DNA of 64,000 nt, taken from IMG/VR virus record IMGVR_UViG_2627853630_000004, positions 1 through 64,000 of that record; one strand, 5' to 3'. This DNA is from a virus (taxonomy: Duplodnaviria > Caudoviricetes). Made by a program: the position numbers and the translations under genes. This document shows positions 53,824-63,804 of the stretch, piece by piece (within the stretch, counting starts at the first letter, position 1; each line of letters begins with the position of its first letter). Below the pieces are notes generated by a model that was not told the DNA's origin, did no database searches, and saw only the letters and a program-made list of their open reading frames with translations.

Positions 53824-54891
53824 TTACATTGCACTGTCGGCCAGAGCATACGGCTTGAACCGCAGTACCTCGATCCCCAGCCAGTCGTTAAGCTCTTTCA
53901 GGCTTTCCATTATCGGCATGAGTTCGTTGATGGCGAACACCTTCGCGGCTTTCTCCACGTCACCAAATCCCCCTGCATTGTTCGGCATAATCCCCATTAA
54001 ATTGGGCGGTACACGGTGCGCGGCTAACATATCGTCACGGGTTGCATCCTTGATGCCTGTAAACTCATCTTTGGCCGCAATCTGGCTGAACGGCAATATT
54101 TGCAGGCCGTCTTTCTTCCCGCCTGCCGCGTAAACAAACAGGTTCTTAAATGCCCCGCCGCCGCGTGCATCTTTCAGTGACTTCTTCAGTTGTTCGACGT
54201 CAGCATTGTTGGTGATGGGATCGGTGAGGTAGACGATCACCCCTGCATGGCTACCGTTGATGTAGTAATTACGCCGGAACAATGTGGCTTCGCCGTTCAG
54301 CATCGCTGATTGGATCACCGCCATATATTCCGGTGTGCCGTATATCTCTTGGTGAATGCTGGGGCTTTTAACGTGGAACACACTGCCTGGCTCGAATTCG
54401 TGATCGTTGGCGTAGTACGTCACAAACCAGTACTGATCCAGATTCTCCCCGCGTCGGGTGTACTTGGCGTGGGTGTGCTTTAGTTTCAGCGGCTGGCCGA
54501 TGCGGTTCTTCCTCAGTTCCAGATACGCATTACCGAATACCAACCAGTCGAGTACAAAGGCGCTGGCATCCTGCCGCGATAACAGCGGGTGCGGCTCGTA
54601 GCAGGACATGATGACATTGCGCTTGAACAGTATCGGTGACTGATGATGCACGGCAACGTCAAACATCCGCGCCAGACCGTAGGTGCTGATCGGTGGTTCA
54701 TACCAACGGCCATTTCTGGCGCACTCCATGCAATCCAACAGGTCGCGTCTGTCCATGATGGGTTGTGCGTCGCCAAACGAGAAAGACTGTAGCGACTCAA
54801 TCGGCTGTTGGATCAATTCCCCTGTTACGGGTGCCTGTGCGGCTGGGGCGCGTAGATTGGCCGTGCGCGGGTGCTGTTTCTTACGTGACAT
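53824..54891 (-). CDS. Q: portal protein gpQ
   Basis: WYEPP, HHQSP, EATLFRR.YY.NGSHAG, AAHRVPP, GGFGD. Confidence 0.93.
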   Translation of the reverse strand: MSRKKQHPRTANLRAPAAQAPVTGELIQQPIESLQSFSFGDAQPIMDRRDLLDCMECARNGRWYEPPISTYGLARMFDVAVHHQSPILFKRNVIMSCYEPHPLLSRQDASAFVLDWLVFGNAYLELRKNRIGQPLKLKHTHAKYTRRGENLDQYWFVTYYANDHEFEPGSVFHVKSPSIHQEIYGTPEYMAVIQSAMLNGEATLFRRNYYINGSHAGVIVYLTDPITNNADVEQLKKSLKDARGGGAFKNLFVYAAGGKKDGLQILPFSQIAAKDEFTGIKDATRDDMLAAHRVPPNLMGIMPNNAGGFGDVEKAAKVFAINELMPIMESLKELNDWLGIEVLRFKPYALADSAM

Positions 54892-54893
54892 GG

Positions 54894-56606
54894 TTAAAAT
54901 TCCTCAACAAATCCATCATTACCGCCCGACTCGCTGCCGATTGGTTCATTGTGTAACGCGTGCATGGTTGCCCAGGCAATGTCACCGTGGCTGCTGCCCT
55001 TTGTTCTGTCTGATGCATACGACGTCATGCCACCTTGAGTAACAAATTTCCGCACCGTCATGAAAGACCGCGCCAGCTCCATCATCCCCGCGTCGTACTC
55101 AAATCGCCCCGCGCGGATCAGCATTTGGGCTTTCAGTACCAGTTCGCGTTTAACGCTGGGCGAGTATTGATATTTCACGGCGGCGGGGAAAAATTTAACG
55201 ACAAGCTGATGCACCGCGCTACCGTTGCCGGTGCTATCAATGCCGATAAACTGCACGTTGTATTGGTGGGTCAGTTCCTTGATGACTTCGGCCTGTTTTT
55301 CAAATGTCATGCCGCGTAACTGCCGTACCTCAATCACGCGGAATTTGCCGCCTGGAACGGCGGGAGGAGACACGATAGACAGGCCGGCGCTGTCACCTGT
55401 GCCGCTGTCGCCACTCGGATCGTAGCCTATCCAGACAGGGCGATTACCTAACGGCCGCTGCGTGTACGGTCGCCAGTCCGGCCAGACGTCATCGTTGTAG
55501 CCATCCACACCGCAGTTAATCAGCGCGGTATAGTCAAAAGCACGCTCACCGACGCTGACAAAGCGGCAGGCGTACAGGTTTTCAAAATCGTCAGGGCTGT
55601 TTTCAGACTTAATTTCATCCAGATCAACCAGGTCAAAGCCTTGTTCTAACGTGTCATGAATGGTGACGATCTGCCGCCAGATGTTGTCACCGCACAGTAG
55701 CCCCTTTTTCAGTATCTTATGGGTAACGTCAATTTCTACCCGTTCCGCTTTAGGGCGGCTTTTGTTAAAGAAATCCCCTGTCCAGAACGTGTAGGCTTCA
55801 TGTTCTTCACTGGATGGCGTGGAAAAGTACGTGCGGCGCAACCCTTTTTGCGTCGCCATCCCCGCCGCGACTTTACGCAGGTTAAGAAAGTTGCTAACCC
55901 AAAAAAACTCATCAAAGTACAGATTGCCGGTGTAACTCTGTGCTGTTGCCGCTGACGTACCGAGAAAGTACAGCGTTGCGCCATTCGACAGCACAATCGC
56001 GTCACCGCCTTTCAGCTCCACACCAATGCTGGACGCCAGCAGTTGAATAAACCGCTTGAACTGGTACGCCTGCGCCCGACTGGCCGACAGAAAGATTTGG
56101 TTAGTGCCGGTTTCCAGTGCATCTAACAGCGCCTCACGCGCAAAATACCAGCTAGCGCCTATCTGGCGGCTTTTCAGTATCGCGCGGTTACGCTGCTTGC
56201 GTTTTTTGTACCAGCGTTTTTGGTGCTCGTAGAGTGATTCCAGTACCAGGGCGCGCAACTCTGCGATCTGTTCGTCCGTAAAATGGTTCTTCGGCGCTTT
56301 CTTCCGTGCCTCCTTTTCCTGATCCTTTCGTTCATCGCGTGAAAAACGCGCCATCTGACGCCCTAACAGGTCGATGGTTTTAAAGTCATGCGGTGTGAGG
56401 TCGTCTTTCTCTATCAGCCGCAAATAGCGTACTTCCGTGCGCTCCTGCGCCCGCTGGATCGGCGTGCTGTCATCCCACTTATCTCGACGTCGCCATGAAT
56501 AGAGCGTGTTGTTGCTCACCCCCAGTCGCTGAGCGATTTGAGGGATGCTATAAGCCTGCCAGTAAAGGCTTTTGGCTTCTGTACGGATATCGGGAAGTAG
56601 ATTCAT
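54894..56606 (-). CDS. P: terminase ATPase subunit gpP
   Basis: LKSRQIGA, NLYFDEFFW, IGYDP, HGDIAWA.MHAL. Confidence 0.93.
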   Translation of the reverse strand: MNLLPDIRTEAKSLYWQAYSIPQIAQRLGVSNNTLYSWRRRDKWDDSTPIQRAQERTEVRYLRLIEKDDLTPHDFKTIDLLGRQMARFSRDERKDQEKEARKKAPKNHFTDEQIAELRALVLESLYEHQKRWYKKRKQRNRAILKSRQIGASWYFAREALLDALETGTNQIFLSASRAQAYQFKRFIQLLASSIGVELKGGDAIVLSNGATLYFLGTSAATAQSYTGNLYFDEFFWVSNFLNLRKVAAGMATQKGLRRTYFSTPSSEEHEAYTFWTGDFFNKSRPKAERVEIDVTHKILKKGLLCGDNIWRQIVTIHDTLEQGFDLVDLDEIKSENSPDDFENLYACRFVSVGERAFDYTALINCGVDGYNDDVWPDWRPYTQRPLGNRPVWIGYDPSGDSGTGDSAGLSIVSPPAVPGGKFRVIEVRQLRGMTFEKQAEVIKELTHQYNVQFIGIDSTGNGSAVHQLVVKFFPAAVKYQYSPSVKRELVLKAQMLIRAGRFEYDAGMMELARSFMTVRKFVTQGGMTSYASDRTKGSSHGDIAWATMHALHNEPIGSESGGNDGFVEEF

Positions 56607-56619
56607 GCATACAGGCTAT

Positions 56620-56670
56620 CGCGCCCGCGCGCGGCAAAATATCGGCTCACGTTGTCGTGGTTACGTCACA
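56620..56670. promoter_or_regulatory. Ogr-dependent divergent late promoter region (pP/pO)
   Basis: TGT-N12-ACA at 56653-56670; GCGCCCGCGCGCG element shared with pV. Confidence 0.65.
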
Positions 56671-56752
56671 AACGGCACCGATAGCGCCTGCGGTAAAGCG
56701 TGGCGATGATAGGGGTATCAGACAGACACCCTGTTATCACCGGAGCATTACC

Positions 56753-57598
56753 ATGCCGATTTCAAAACCGTTTCTGGCCGCTGTTGAGGGCGCTACCTGC
56801 GACGGCCGCACCCTTGAACGTGTGCATATTTCGCAAATGGCGAAAAACTTCAACAAACAGGTGCGCGGTGCACGCGTGAACCTTGAGCACATTCGCGGTT
56901 ACTCACCAACCAGCGATTTTCGCGCGTATGGCGACGTGGAAGAAGTGAGCGAGTTTGAGATCCAGGACGGCCCGCTTAAAGGCAAGTTGGCACTACAAAT
57001 CAAAATTGATGCGACAGATGATCTGGTGGCATTGAACACAAAGCGCCAGAAGATTTACCCCAGCATTGAAATTCATCCCTCTTTCGCTGACACCGGTGAA
57101 GCCTATTTGATGGGGCTGGGAATGACGGACGATCCCGCCAGTCTGGGCGTCGGCATTCTTGAGTTTAACGCCAAGTGCGGCGGCAAAGGCCCGTTGGACG
57201 GGAGAAAAACCAGCCCTGAATGTTTCTTCACGGCCGCTGATACCCCCATCACGCTGGAATTTGAAGACAATGCGCCGACTGGCGACGCTGGGAGAAACTT
57301 CTTTTCCCGCATCACGGAACTGTTAACCGGCAGTCAGCAACGGTTCAATAAAGAAAACGGTGAGCTGAAACAGGCCGTTGAACTGATCGCGCAAAGCCAG
57401 CGTGAGTTGTTGGACAAAACCGAAGCATTCAGTGCCTTGCAGACGCAAAACACAGAACTGAAAGGTAGCGTGGCAACGCTGACGCAATCATTAACCGAGC
57501 TGAAAACACAGCTTGCCGGACAGGATGGCAACTTTAGCCAGCGCCCACCGGCCAGCGGCGGCAATCAGCAATCCAACGTCGTGTTAGCAGACTGCTAA
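56753..57598 (+). CDS. O: capsid scaffolding/protease gpO
   Basis: EGATCDGR, NLEH, YPSIE, TDDPASLG, RPPASGG...DC; GGAG RBS. Confidence 0.92.
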   Translation: MPISKPFLAAVEGATCDGRTLERVHISQMAKNFNKQVRGARVNLEHIRGYSPTSDFRAYGDVEEVSEFEIQDGPLKGKLALQIKIDATDDLVALNTKRQKIYPSIEIHPSFADTGEAYLMGLGMTDDPASLGVGILEFNAKCGGKGPLDGRKTSPECFFTAADTPITLEFEDNAPTGDAGRNFFSRITELLTGSQQRFNKENGELKQAVELIAQSQRELLDKTEAFSALQTQNTELKGSVATLTQSLTELKTQLAGQDGNFSQRPPASGGNQQSNVVLADC

Positions 57599-57632
57599 TC
57601 ACCCTTTAAACCGAATATTGCAGGAACCTAAC

Positions 57633-58664
57633 ATGAAGAACGAAACCCGCGTGTTGTTCGACGCCTATATTAACCGCCAAGCCGAGCTTAACGGCGTACA
57701 ACCTGATCACGTTACCAAGCAGTTCAGTGTTGCGCCGTCAATCCAGCAAAAGCTGGAAGATAAAGTTCAGCAATCCAGCGAGCTGTTGCAAAAAATCAAC
57801 ATCACTGGTGTATCCGATCAAGAGGGACAAAAGCTGGGGTTAGGTATCAGCGGCCCTATTTCAAGCTCGAACACATCAACCACGGAGCGACGTGAACCGA
57901 AATCTGTTCACACGCTGGATGATGATAAATTCCGCTGCGAGCAAACCAATACGGATACCTTTATCAGCTATCCACAATTGGATATGTGGGCCAAGTTCCC
58001 TGACTTTCAGCAGCGCATTAGTAATCAGATCATCAAACGAAAAGCGCTTGATCGCATCATGATTGGCTTTAACGGTACGTCGCGTGCCGCTAAATCTGAT
58101 CTGGCAACCAACCCGCTATTGCAGGATGTGAATATTGGCTGGCTGGAGAAATATCGCCTTCATGCCGCACAGCGCGTGATGAAAAACATCACGGTCACCA
58201 GCCGTGATGATGAAAATAAAGTCATCGCTAAGGGGGATTACGGCAACCTCGACGCCGTGATCTATGACGCCGTTAACTCACTGCTGGATGAGTGGTTTAA
58301 GTCATCACAAGATTTAGTGGTTATCTGTGGCCGTCAGATCATGGTCAGCAAAGAATACCCGCTGATTAACGCCATCAATACCAACAATCCTAATTCTGAA
58401 GCGTTGGCCGGTCAGTTGCTGGTATCGCGTAAAGCGATCGGCAATCTGCCCACCTTCATTGCGCCATCCTTCCCTGATGGCAGCATGTTCGTGACCCCGT
58501 TTAGCAATCTGTCGATCTACTGGCAGGAAGATAAGCAGCGCCGTGCCGTGCGTGATGAACCTGAGCGCAATCGTATTGCGACCTATGAGTCATCCAATGA
58601 CGCCTATGTCATTGAAGACTATGGCACAGGGTGCCTGATTGAAGGTATTACGTTTGCTGCGTAA
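57633..58664 (+). CDS. N: major capsid protein gpN
   Basis: FSVAPS.QQ.LE, DRIMIGFNG, NPLLQDVN.GWL, YES.N.AYVIEDY. Confidence 0.95.
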   Translation: MKNETRVLFDAYINRQAELNGVQPDHVTKQFSVAPSIQQKLEDKVQQSSELLQKINITGVSDQEGQKLGLGISGPISSSNTSTTERREPKSVHTLDDDKFRCEQTNTDTFISYPQLDMWAKFPDFQQRISNQIIKRKALDRIMIGFNGTSRAAKSDLATNPLLQDVNIGWLEKYRLHAAQRVMKNITVTSRDDENKVIAKGDYGNLDAVIYDAVNSLLDEWFKSSQDLVVICGRQIMVSKEYPLINAINTNNPNSEALAGQLLVSRKAIGNLPTFIAPSFPDGSMFVTPFSNLSIYWQEDKQRRAVRDEPERNRIATYESSNDAYVIEDYGTGCLIEGITFAA

Positions 58665-58733
58665 GAACCGGCGCAAAGCTAATTTCAACGGCAAGCAGGC
58701 CGGATAAAATTCGGCCTGTATCAAGGGGGCATC

Positions 58734-59555
58734 ATGCTGACACCTGCGCAGCGACATTTTCAAACGGTCATGGCTCAACGCCACGGCAAATCAAACGGCG
58801 GTGATGTTGAGCGCACCGCCTATGAACAGCAACTGCATCGACTGCGGATGGATAAATCCCGTTTAAGCCAGGTGCAATCTGCCTCGACAAAGGCCGAACT
58901 GAAGCGGGAACTGCTGCCCGATTATCAGGGCTGGGTTAATGGCGTCTTGGCGGCAGATAGCGGCCAGGCTGATGAGGTGCTGACCACTATCATGATCTGG
59001 TCGATTGATGCGGGATTGACTAGCGATGCGTTGCGTATTGCTGATTATGTCCTGCGCCATCGTCTGCCGATGCCAGACCAGTACAAGCGTACTGTTGCCA
59101 CCACGCTGGTTGATGAGATTTGCGATCCGGCACTGGCAGCTTTCAAGGCGGATACCAGCCGTGCGCCGTTGCCCGCTGCGCTGCTATTGCAACTGGAACA
59201 GCTTACTGCTGGCGAAGACATGCCGGATCAGGTACGCGCCAAACTTTACAAAACGCTGGGCTACACCCTGCGTCTGGATAATAACGAACTGAGCGCCGCG
59301 CGCGACTGGTTGCAACGGGCGGTCACCTTGTTTGATGGGATCGGTGTTAAACGCGATATCGAACTACTGGGACGTGCACTCAAGAAATCAACTGAGTCAG
59401 AGGCAGGGGCAGAAAATGCGGACGCCCCACCTACGCCACCTGCGGATAAACCAGCCGACAAACCCGCAGCCAAAGCAACGAGAGCGCAGCGTAAATCGAC
59501 GGCGGCGAAAGCATCACGAACTACGACACCACGCGCCCGAAAAAGCGCGCAGTAA
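58734..59555 (+). CDS. M: terminase endonuclease subunit gpM
   Basis: MLTPAQRH, DMPDQVRAKL, GVKRDIE. Confidence 0.9.
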   Translation: MLTPAQRHFQTVMAQRHGKSNGGDVERTAYEQQLHRLRMDKSRLSQVQSASTKAELKRELLPDYQGWVNGVLAADSGQADEVLTTIMIWSIDAGLTSDALRIADYVLRHRLPMPDQYKRTVATTLVDEICDPALAAFKADTSRAPLPAALLLQLEQLTAGEDMPDQVRAKLYKTLGYTLRLDNNELSAARDWLQRAVTLFDGIGVKRDIELLGRALKKSTESEAGAENADAPPTPPADKPADKPAAKATRAQRKSTAAKASRTTTPRARKSAQ

Positions 59556-59651
59556 CCGAACGTGCCCCCGCGCACCAGGCGGCACGGCGTAATGCGAGCA
59601 ATTTATTGTGTCGTGTTACGCCGTCCACCGCCTGTCTTTTGAGGTAACGCT

Positions 59652-60158
59652 ATGAGCCTGATTGCAACAGAGCCGGTAAGGCCGGTCACGCAGGACACCA
59701 TCAACGATGGTGATGCGAAAGTGACGAGCCATGCATTTTGGCCTGTGATTGTTCTGTCTGCCCTGCGTCGCGCGATGCGTCTTGATGGTCAGGTGACAAC
59801 GGATCGCCTGATGGATAAAGCCATAGAGGCAGTCGCACACGTTAACGGCCAGCTTGCAGACTGGCGAGGCGGTCAGGAGCAGCGCGGCGTTGTCCTCCTG
59901 TCTGATGTTAAGACAGAAGGCGCTGACGAAATCGAACAGATCAATGGCGAATCCGTTTTGGTCTGGCGCTACCGTCGTGCGGTGTACTCCATCACCAAAG
60001 CGCTGTTGATCGAGGGTTATCGCGATATCGACACCACGCGCGAGGGGGAAAAGCACGCTGAGGCGTTGAGTTCACAGATTGACACGCTGTGGCGCGACGG
60101 ACGCTGGGCTATCCGCGACATTCTCGGTGTTAATCGTGGCCTGGCTGAGTTGGTCTGA
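59652..60158 (+). CDS. L: head completion protein gpL
   Basis: FWP, YRRAVY, YRDIDTT..G, WAIRDILG....ELV. Confidence 0.9.
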   Translation: MSLIATEPVRPVTQDTINDGDAKVTSHAFWPVIVLSALRRAMRLDGQVTTDRLMDKAIEAVAHVNGQLADWRGGQEQRGVVLLSDVKTEGADEIEQINGESVLVWRYRRAVYSITKALLIEGYRDIDTTREGEKHAEALSSQIDTLWRDGRWAIRDILGVNRGLAELV

Positions 60159-60361
60159 TGGAAGTTCGTGCGCAGCAAAATGACACCGTCGACCTGCTGT
60201 GCTGGCGCTATTACGGCAGAACAGACGGCGTAACAGAAGGGGTTTACGCGGCCAATCCGGGATTGTGTGAGCGTGGGCCATTGTTACCGGCTGGCCTGCT
60301 GGTCACGCTGCCTGATGTCGCTGCGGCAACACAACAGGAAATCATACAGCTATGGGACTAA
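60158..60361 (+). CDS. X: tail protein X
   Basis: DTVDLLCWRYYGRT.GVTE.V..ANPGL, QLWD. Confidence 0.92.
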   Translation: MEVRAQQNDTVDLLCWRYYGRTDGVTEGVYAANPGLCERGPLLPAGLLVTLPDVAAATQQEIIQLWD

Positions 60362-60654
60362 CGACAGATCGCGTGGCATCGGCAATCACCTACCTGCTTG
60401 CCACGCTGATCGCCACCGCAGGACGAATGACGCTGAGCGACTGGGCAACGCTAATAGGGATTGCTATCGGGTTGCTCACATTTTGGGTGAATCGGAACCA
60501 CAAAAAAAACATAGAGCGTGACCAGGCGCAGCGCACAGACTTAATGCGTGAGTTGGTCAGGAAAGTTGATAATGAAAACCTGCCTGAAACGCTGGACGCT
60601 TTGCGCGTGATGAATGGGCAGGACACTGGACGCAGAGGTCGTGATGTTACCTGA
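60352..60654 (+). CDS. holin (HP1-like)
   Basis: Two hydrophobic segments, DW..LIG..IG.LTF.VN; precedes the lysozyme gene. Confidence 0.75.
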   Translation: MGLTTDRVASAITYLLATLIATAGRMTLSDWATLIGIAIGLLTFWVNRNHKKNIERDQAQRTDLMRELVRKVDNENLPETLDALRVMNGQDTGRRGRDVT

Positions 60655-61120
60655 AGCACTGAAACAGCGAATCATTCCCGTCGTTACCGCGTGTGCGTTG
60701 GCAATAGCAACGGTGTTCATTGGTTTTTTTGAGGGCAAAGAGAACGCCGCTTACCGTGATATCGCCGGAGTCTGGACGATTTGCTACGGCCATACCGGTG
60801 ATGTAAAAGCCGGTGACTACAAGACAGATGCTGAGTGCGAAGCATTGTTACAGCAGGATTTAAAACCCGCGTTTAATGCCATCGATCGGTTAGTTACGGT
60901 TCCACTCAGTGAGTTACAGCGCGCTGCATTGGCAAGTTTTATCTACAACGTCGGGACGGGTGCGTTTGAGCGTTCGACGCTGCTTAGAAAGTTGAACCGT
61001 GGCGATCTCACTGGCGCATGTAACGAATTACGCCGCTGGAATAAAGCCGCTGGTCAGGTCTGGCAGGGGTTAACCAATCGCCGCGAGGCCGAGAGGATGC
61101 TATGTCTGGAAAAGTTATAG
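60644..61120 (+). CDS. endolysin (GH24 lysozyme, SAR-like N-terminus)
   Basis: FEG....AYRD.AGVWTICYGHT, GL.NRR.AE. Confidence 0.9.
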   Translation: MLPEALKQRIIPVVTACALAIATVFIGFFEGKENAAYRDIAGVWTICYGHTGDVKAGDYKTDAECEALLQQDLKPAFNAIDRLVTVPLSELQRAALASFIYNVGTGAFERSTLLRKLNRGDLTGACNELRRWNKAAGQVWQGLTNRREAERMLCLEKL

Positions 61121-61527
61121 CGACATTAGCCGCCGCGCTGTTGTTTCTCGCCGCTATCGCACTGGCTGATCACTACCGACAAAAATCACAACGGCTTTCG
61201 GGTGAAGTGGCAACGTTAATCAAAGAACGGGACAGTACCGAGCGCGTTATCAGTAATCAGCAACGTACTTTCCTGATATTCAACACCCTGTCACGCGAGG
61301 CTGAGCATGATAAACGCCGGATACAACAAGATGCCGATACACGCAGCCAGACGATTAATCAGGCACTGGCCGGTCAGGTCTGTGCTGATGAGTTTGTGCC
61401 TGATGGCGCTGCTGTGCCGTTGCTCGACTACGCGAACCGTTTACGCGCCGATAGCGTGCGTTCCCTTGCCAGCGAACCTCACCACGCCGACGGCAATACC
61501 GATGCCGCAGGGCGCGATAGTCAATAA
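61102..61527 (+). CDS. i-spanin (LysB-like)
   Basis: N-terminal TM plus coiled coil, CA...VP. Confidence 0.72.
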   Translation: MSGKVIATLAAALLFLAAIALADHYRQKSQRLSGEVATLIKERDSTERVISNQQRTFLIFNTLSREAEHDKRRIQQDADTRSQTINQALAGQVCADEFVPDGAAVPLLDYANRLRADSVRSLASEPHHADGNTDAAGRDSQ

Positions 61528-61678
61528 CCGTCTGACCTACGGCCAGTCTGTTAACTGGAATAGCCTGCTGCTGGCTGCGCTGGAGAGCGCCAACCACGAC
61601 AAGGCACTAATTCGCCAGGCCGAACAACAGAGAGAGCAACAACATGCTAAAAGCGGAACTGCTGAGAAAAACCATTAG
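61331..61678 (+). CDS. o-spanin lipoprotein (LysC-like), overlapping LysB
   Basis: Lipobox-like LCRC-STT; CVPLPANLT.P, LTYG...N.DK..IR; start uncertain. Confidence 0.65.
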   Translation: MPIHAARRLIRHWPVRSVLMSLCLMALLCRCSTTRTVYAPIACVPLPANLTTPTAIPMPQGAIVNNRLTYGQSVNWNSLLLAALESANHDKALIRQAEQQREQQHAKSGTAEKNH

Positions 61679-62135
61679 CGAACAGGTGTCGTGGTTGCGG
61701 GAAAACCCCGATCAATTGGTCGTCTATGTACAGAAGGGTAATGCAATCAGTACCGGTGTGCGCTCCGCCTCCTTTGAATATCGCTACACGCTGGAAGTGC
61801 TGGCAATGGACTATCCGCATTCTATCGATACGCTGATGGTGCCGATACTGATGTGGGCCCGAATCTATCAGCCGGATTTATTGCTTAACCCAGAACGGCG
61901 TAAAACGGGTATTACGTTTGAGGCAGATTTGCTGAGTAACAGCACTGCCGATTTACTGATCCGCATTCAGGTAGATGAGGCGGTGATCGTCACTCGCGAT
62001 GACGCTGGCGAAATCAACACTCGTCATCGTGCTGACCCGCCTCCTGACCTGATGGAAGGTATGGACGGATGGTCACTGCTGACAAATGGCGATGTGGCCA
62101 ACATGGTTGTTCATGACTCGACAGCAGGTCAATGA
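61644..62135 (+). CDS. R: tail completion protein gpR
   Basis: MLK...LR, SFEYRYTL, QPDLL.NP, FEAD. Confidence 0.88.
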   Translation: MLKAELLRKTISEQVSWLRENPDQLVVYVQKGNAISTGVRSASFEYRYTLEVLAMDYPHSIDTLMVPILMWARIYQPDLLLNPERRKTGITFEADLLSNSTADLLIRIQVDEAVIVTRDDAGEINTRHRADPPPDLMEGMDGWSLLTNGDVANMVVHDSTAGQ

Positions 62136-62773
62136 TGAGCCAGAACGATGCACTGTTTCAGGAGCTGGATGGGTATCTGCAATCTGTTGTCGAGCACCTG
62201 GCCGCTAATCAACGACGTCGCTTATCACGACAGATTGCTACGGGGCTGCGTAAGCGCCAGCAGCAACGGATTGCACAGCAACAGAATTCCGATGGTTCGT
62301 CGTACGAAGGGCGTAAAAAGCAAACGCGCCGCACGCAGGGCGGTGTCCGGTTTCTGTGGAAAGGTGAGGCGCGAGAGCTGCGTAACTGGCACAGCAGCAA
62401 AGGCCGCAGCGGTGAGCGAATGATTACCGGATTTGATGTTGGTCGCGGCGGTTTGCGCTCGTTCCTGCGTGCTGACATCGATCGCTATCTCAGTATTAAC
62501 GTAAGTAGCGTTTCCACCGCACCGGCGCGTAAAGAAAAGATGTTCCGCAAGTTGCGTACCGTCCGTTTTTTACGCATCGACACATCACCCAATAGCGCGA
62601 CGGTTGGTTTCAGTGGTTATGCAGCCAGCATCGCCCATGTTCACCAGTTCGGCGAGACTGACAAAATAGGACGCTCGTCCGTACGTTATCCTATTCGTGA
62701 GTTGCTGGGCTTAACGTCCACCGATCTTGACTGGGTGGCTGATACCATTACGGACTTCATTCAGCCCGATTAG
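62132..62773 (+). CDS. S: tail completion/virion morphogenesis protein gpS
   Basis: QQRI..QQN.DG..Y..RK, MFRKLR, IA.VHQFG, YP.RELLG. Confidence 0.88.
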   Translation: MMSQNDALFQELDGYLQSVVEHLAANQRRRLSRQIATGLRKRQQQRIAQQQNSDGSSYEGRKKQTRRTQGGVRFLWKGEARELRNWHSSKGRSGERMITGFDVGRGGLRSFLRADIDRYLSINVSSVSTAPARKEKMFRKLRTVRFLRIDTSPNSATVGFSGYAASIAHVHQFGETDKIGRSSVRYPIRELLGLTSTDLDWVADTITDFIQPD

Positions 62774-62774
62774 T

Positions 62775-62820
62775 TGTTGCCGCCCCCCTACAATCCCCTT
62801 TCGTTGTGCGCCCGCGCGCG
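62775..62820 (+). promoter_or_regulatory. Ogr-dependent late promoter pV
   Basis: TGT-N12-ACA at 62775-62792, followed by GCGCCCGCGCGCG. Confidence 0.65.
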
Positions 62821-62863
62821 ACACCTGAAACTGGCGCTATGAATTGATTACCGAGCGCCAGCC

Positions 62864-63448
62864 ATGATATCCAATGAGTTTGACCGTCTTCTGAATAACC
62901 TGATCCGTATCGGTACGGTTGTCGACGTCGATCACACCCGTTATTTGGCGCGAGTGGTAACCGGCGGCAATACCACGGGATGGATACGTTGGTGTGTGGC
63001 GCGTGCGGGTGATGCCAAAACATGGTGGCCGCTGTCAGTGGGCGAGCAGGTTCTTATGGTCTCACCAGGCGGCGATCTGGAAACGGCGGTGATCGTATTA
63101 AGCCTGTACTCCAATCAGCACAGTGCGCCCAGCGCCAGCCCAAAGGTACACACTACCGTTTATTCCGATGGAGCCAGCGAAACGTATGATGAAAACACCT
63201 CAACGATGACCGTTAAAGGCGTCAAAAAGGTGATCGTTGAAGCGGCTGAATCAATCACACTGGACACCCCAAAAGTGATTTGTACCCAGCATCTCAGCAC
63301 GCAAACATTCAGTGTAGAAAAAGGCGGCACGATGCAGGGCGATATCACCCACACCGGCGGCCAAATGTCATCAAACGGCGTAGTCGTAGACGATCACGAT
63401 CATGGCGGCGTACAGCGCGGCGGTAGCAGAACGGACGGCCCGCAATGA
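62864..63448 (+). CDS. V: baseplate spike gpV
   Basis: NLIRIGTV, RAG...TWW..SVGEQV, HDHGGV. Confidence 0.92.
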   Translation: MISNEFDRLLNNLIRIGTVVDVDHTRYLARVVTGGNTTGWIRWCVARAGDAKTWWPLSVGEQVLMVSPGGDLETAVIVLSLYSNQHSAPSASPKVHTTVYSDGASETYDENTSTMTVKGVKKVIVEAAESITLDTPKVICTQHLSTQTFSVEKGGTMQGDITHTGGQMSSNGVVVDDHDHGGVQRGGSRTDGPQ

Positions 63449-63804
63449 GCAATGAAAAATATATCGGCATGAATGCCAGTACTGGTCGCGCGATTACTGA
63501 TGATGAGCATATCAGCCAGTCAGTACGCGATATTTTAATCACCCCTGTCGGCAGTCGGGTGATGCGCCGCAGCTACGGATCACAGCTTTTTTCTCTGATT
63601 GACGAGCCTTACGAGCCCGCAATAAAGCTAAAGATAATGTCAGCCATCTACAGCGCATTAATGCGTTGGGAGCCGCGTATTACCCCAACAAAAATTACGC
63701 TGGAAACCCGTGGTGCCGGACTTGCTGCCGTTATGCTTCAGGCGCAGCGCACGGATAATCTTGCGGTGTTTAGCTCTACGATTTCACTACAGGGGGCACG
63801 ATGA
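63445..63804 (+). CDS. W: baseplate gpW
   Basis: HI.QSVRDIL.TPVGSRVMRR.YGS, WEPR. Confidence 0.92.
   Translation: MSNEKYIGMNASTGRAITDDEHISQSVRDILITPVGSRVMRRSYGSQLFSLIDEPYEPAIKLKIMSAIYSALMRWEPRITPTKITLETRGAGLAAVMLQAQRTDNLAVFSSTISLQGAR

Noticed and set aside
56495-56752. N-terminal extension of gpO in the ORF track
   Set aside because: Overlaps gene P and the late promoter; the ATG at 56753 has a GGAG RBS and matches the family start.
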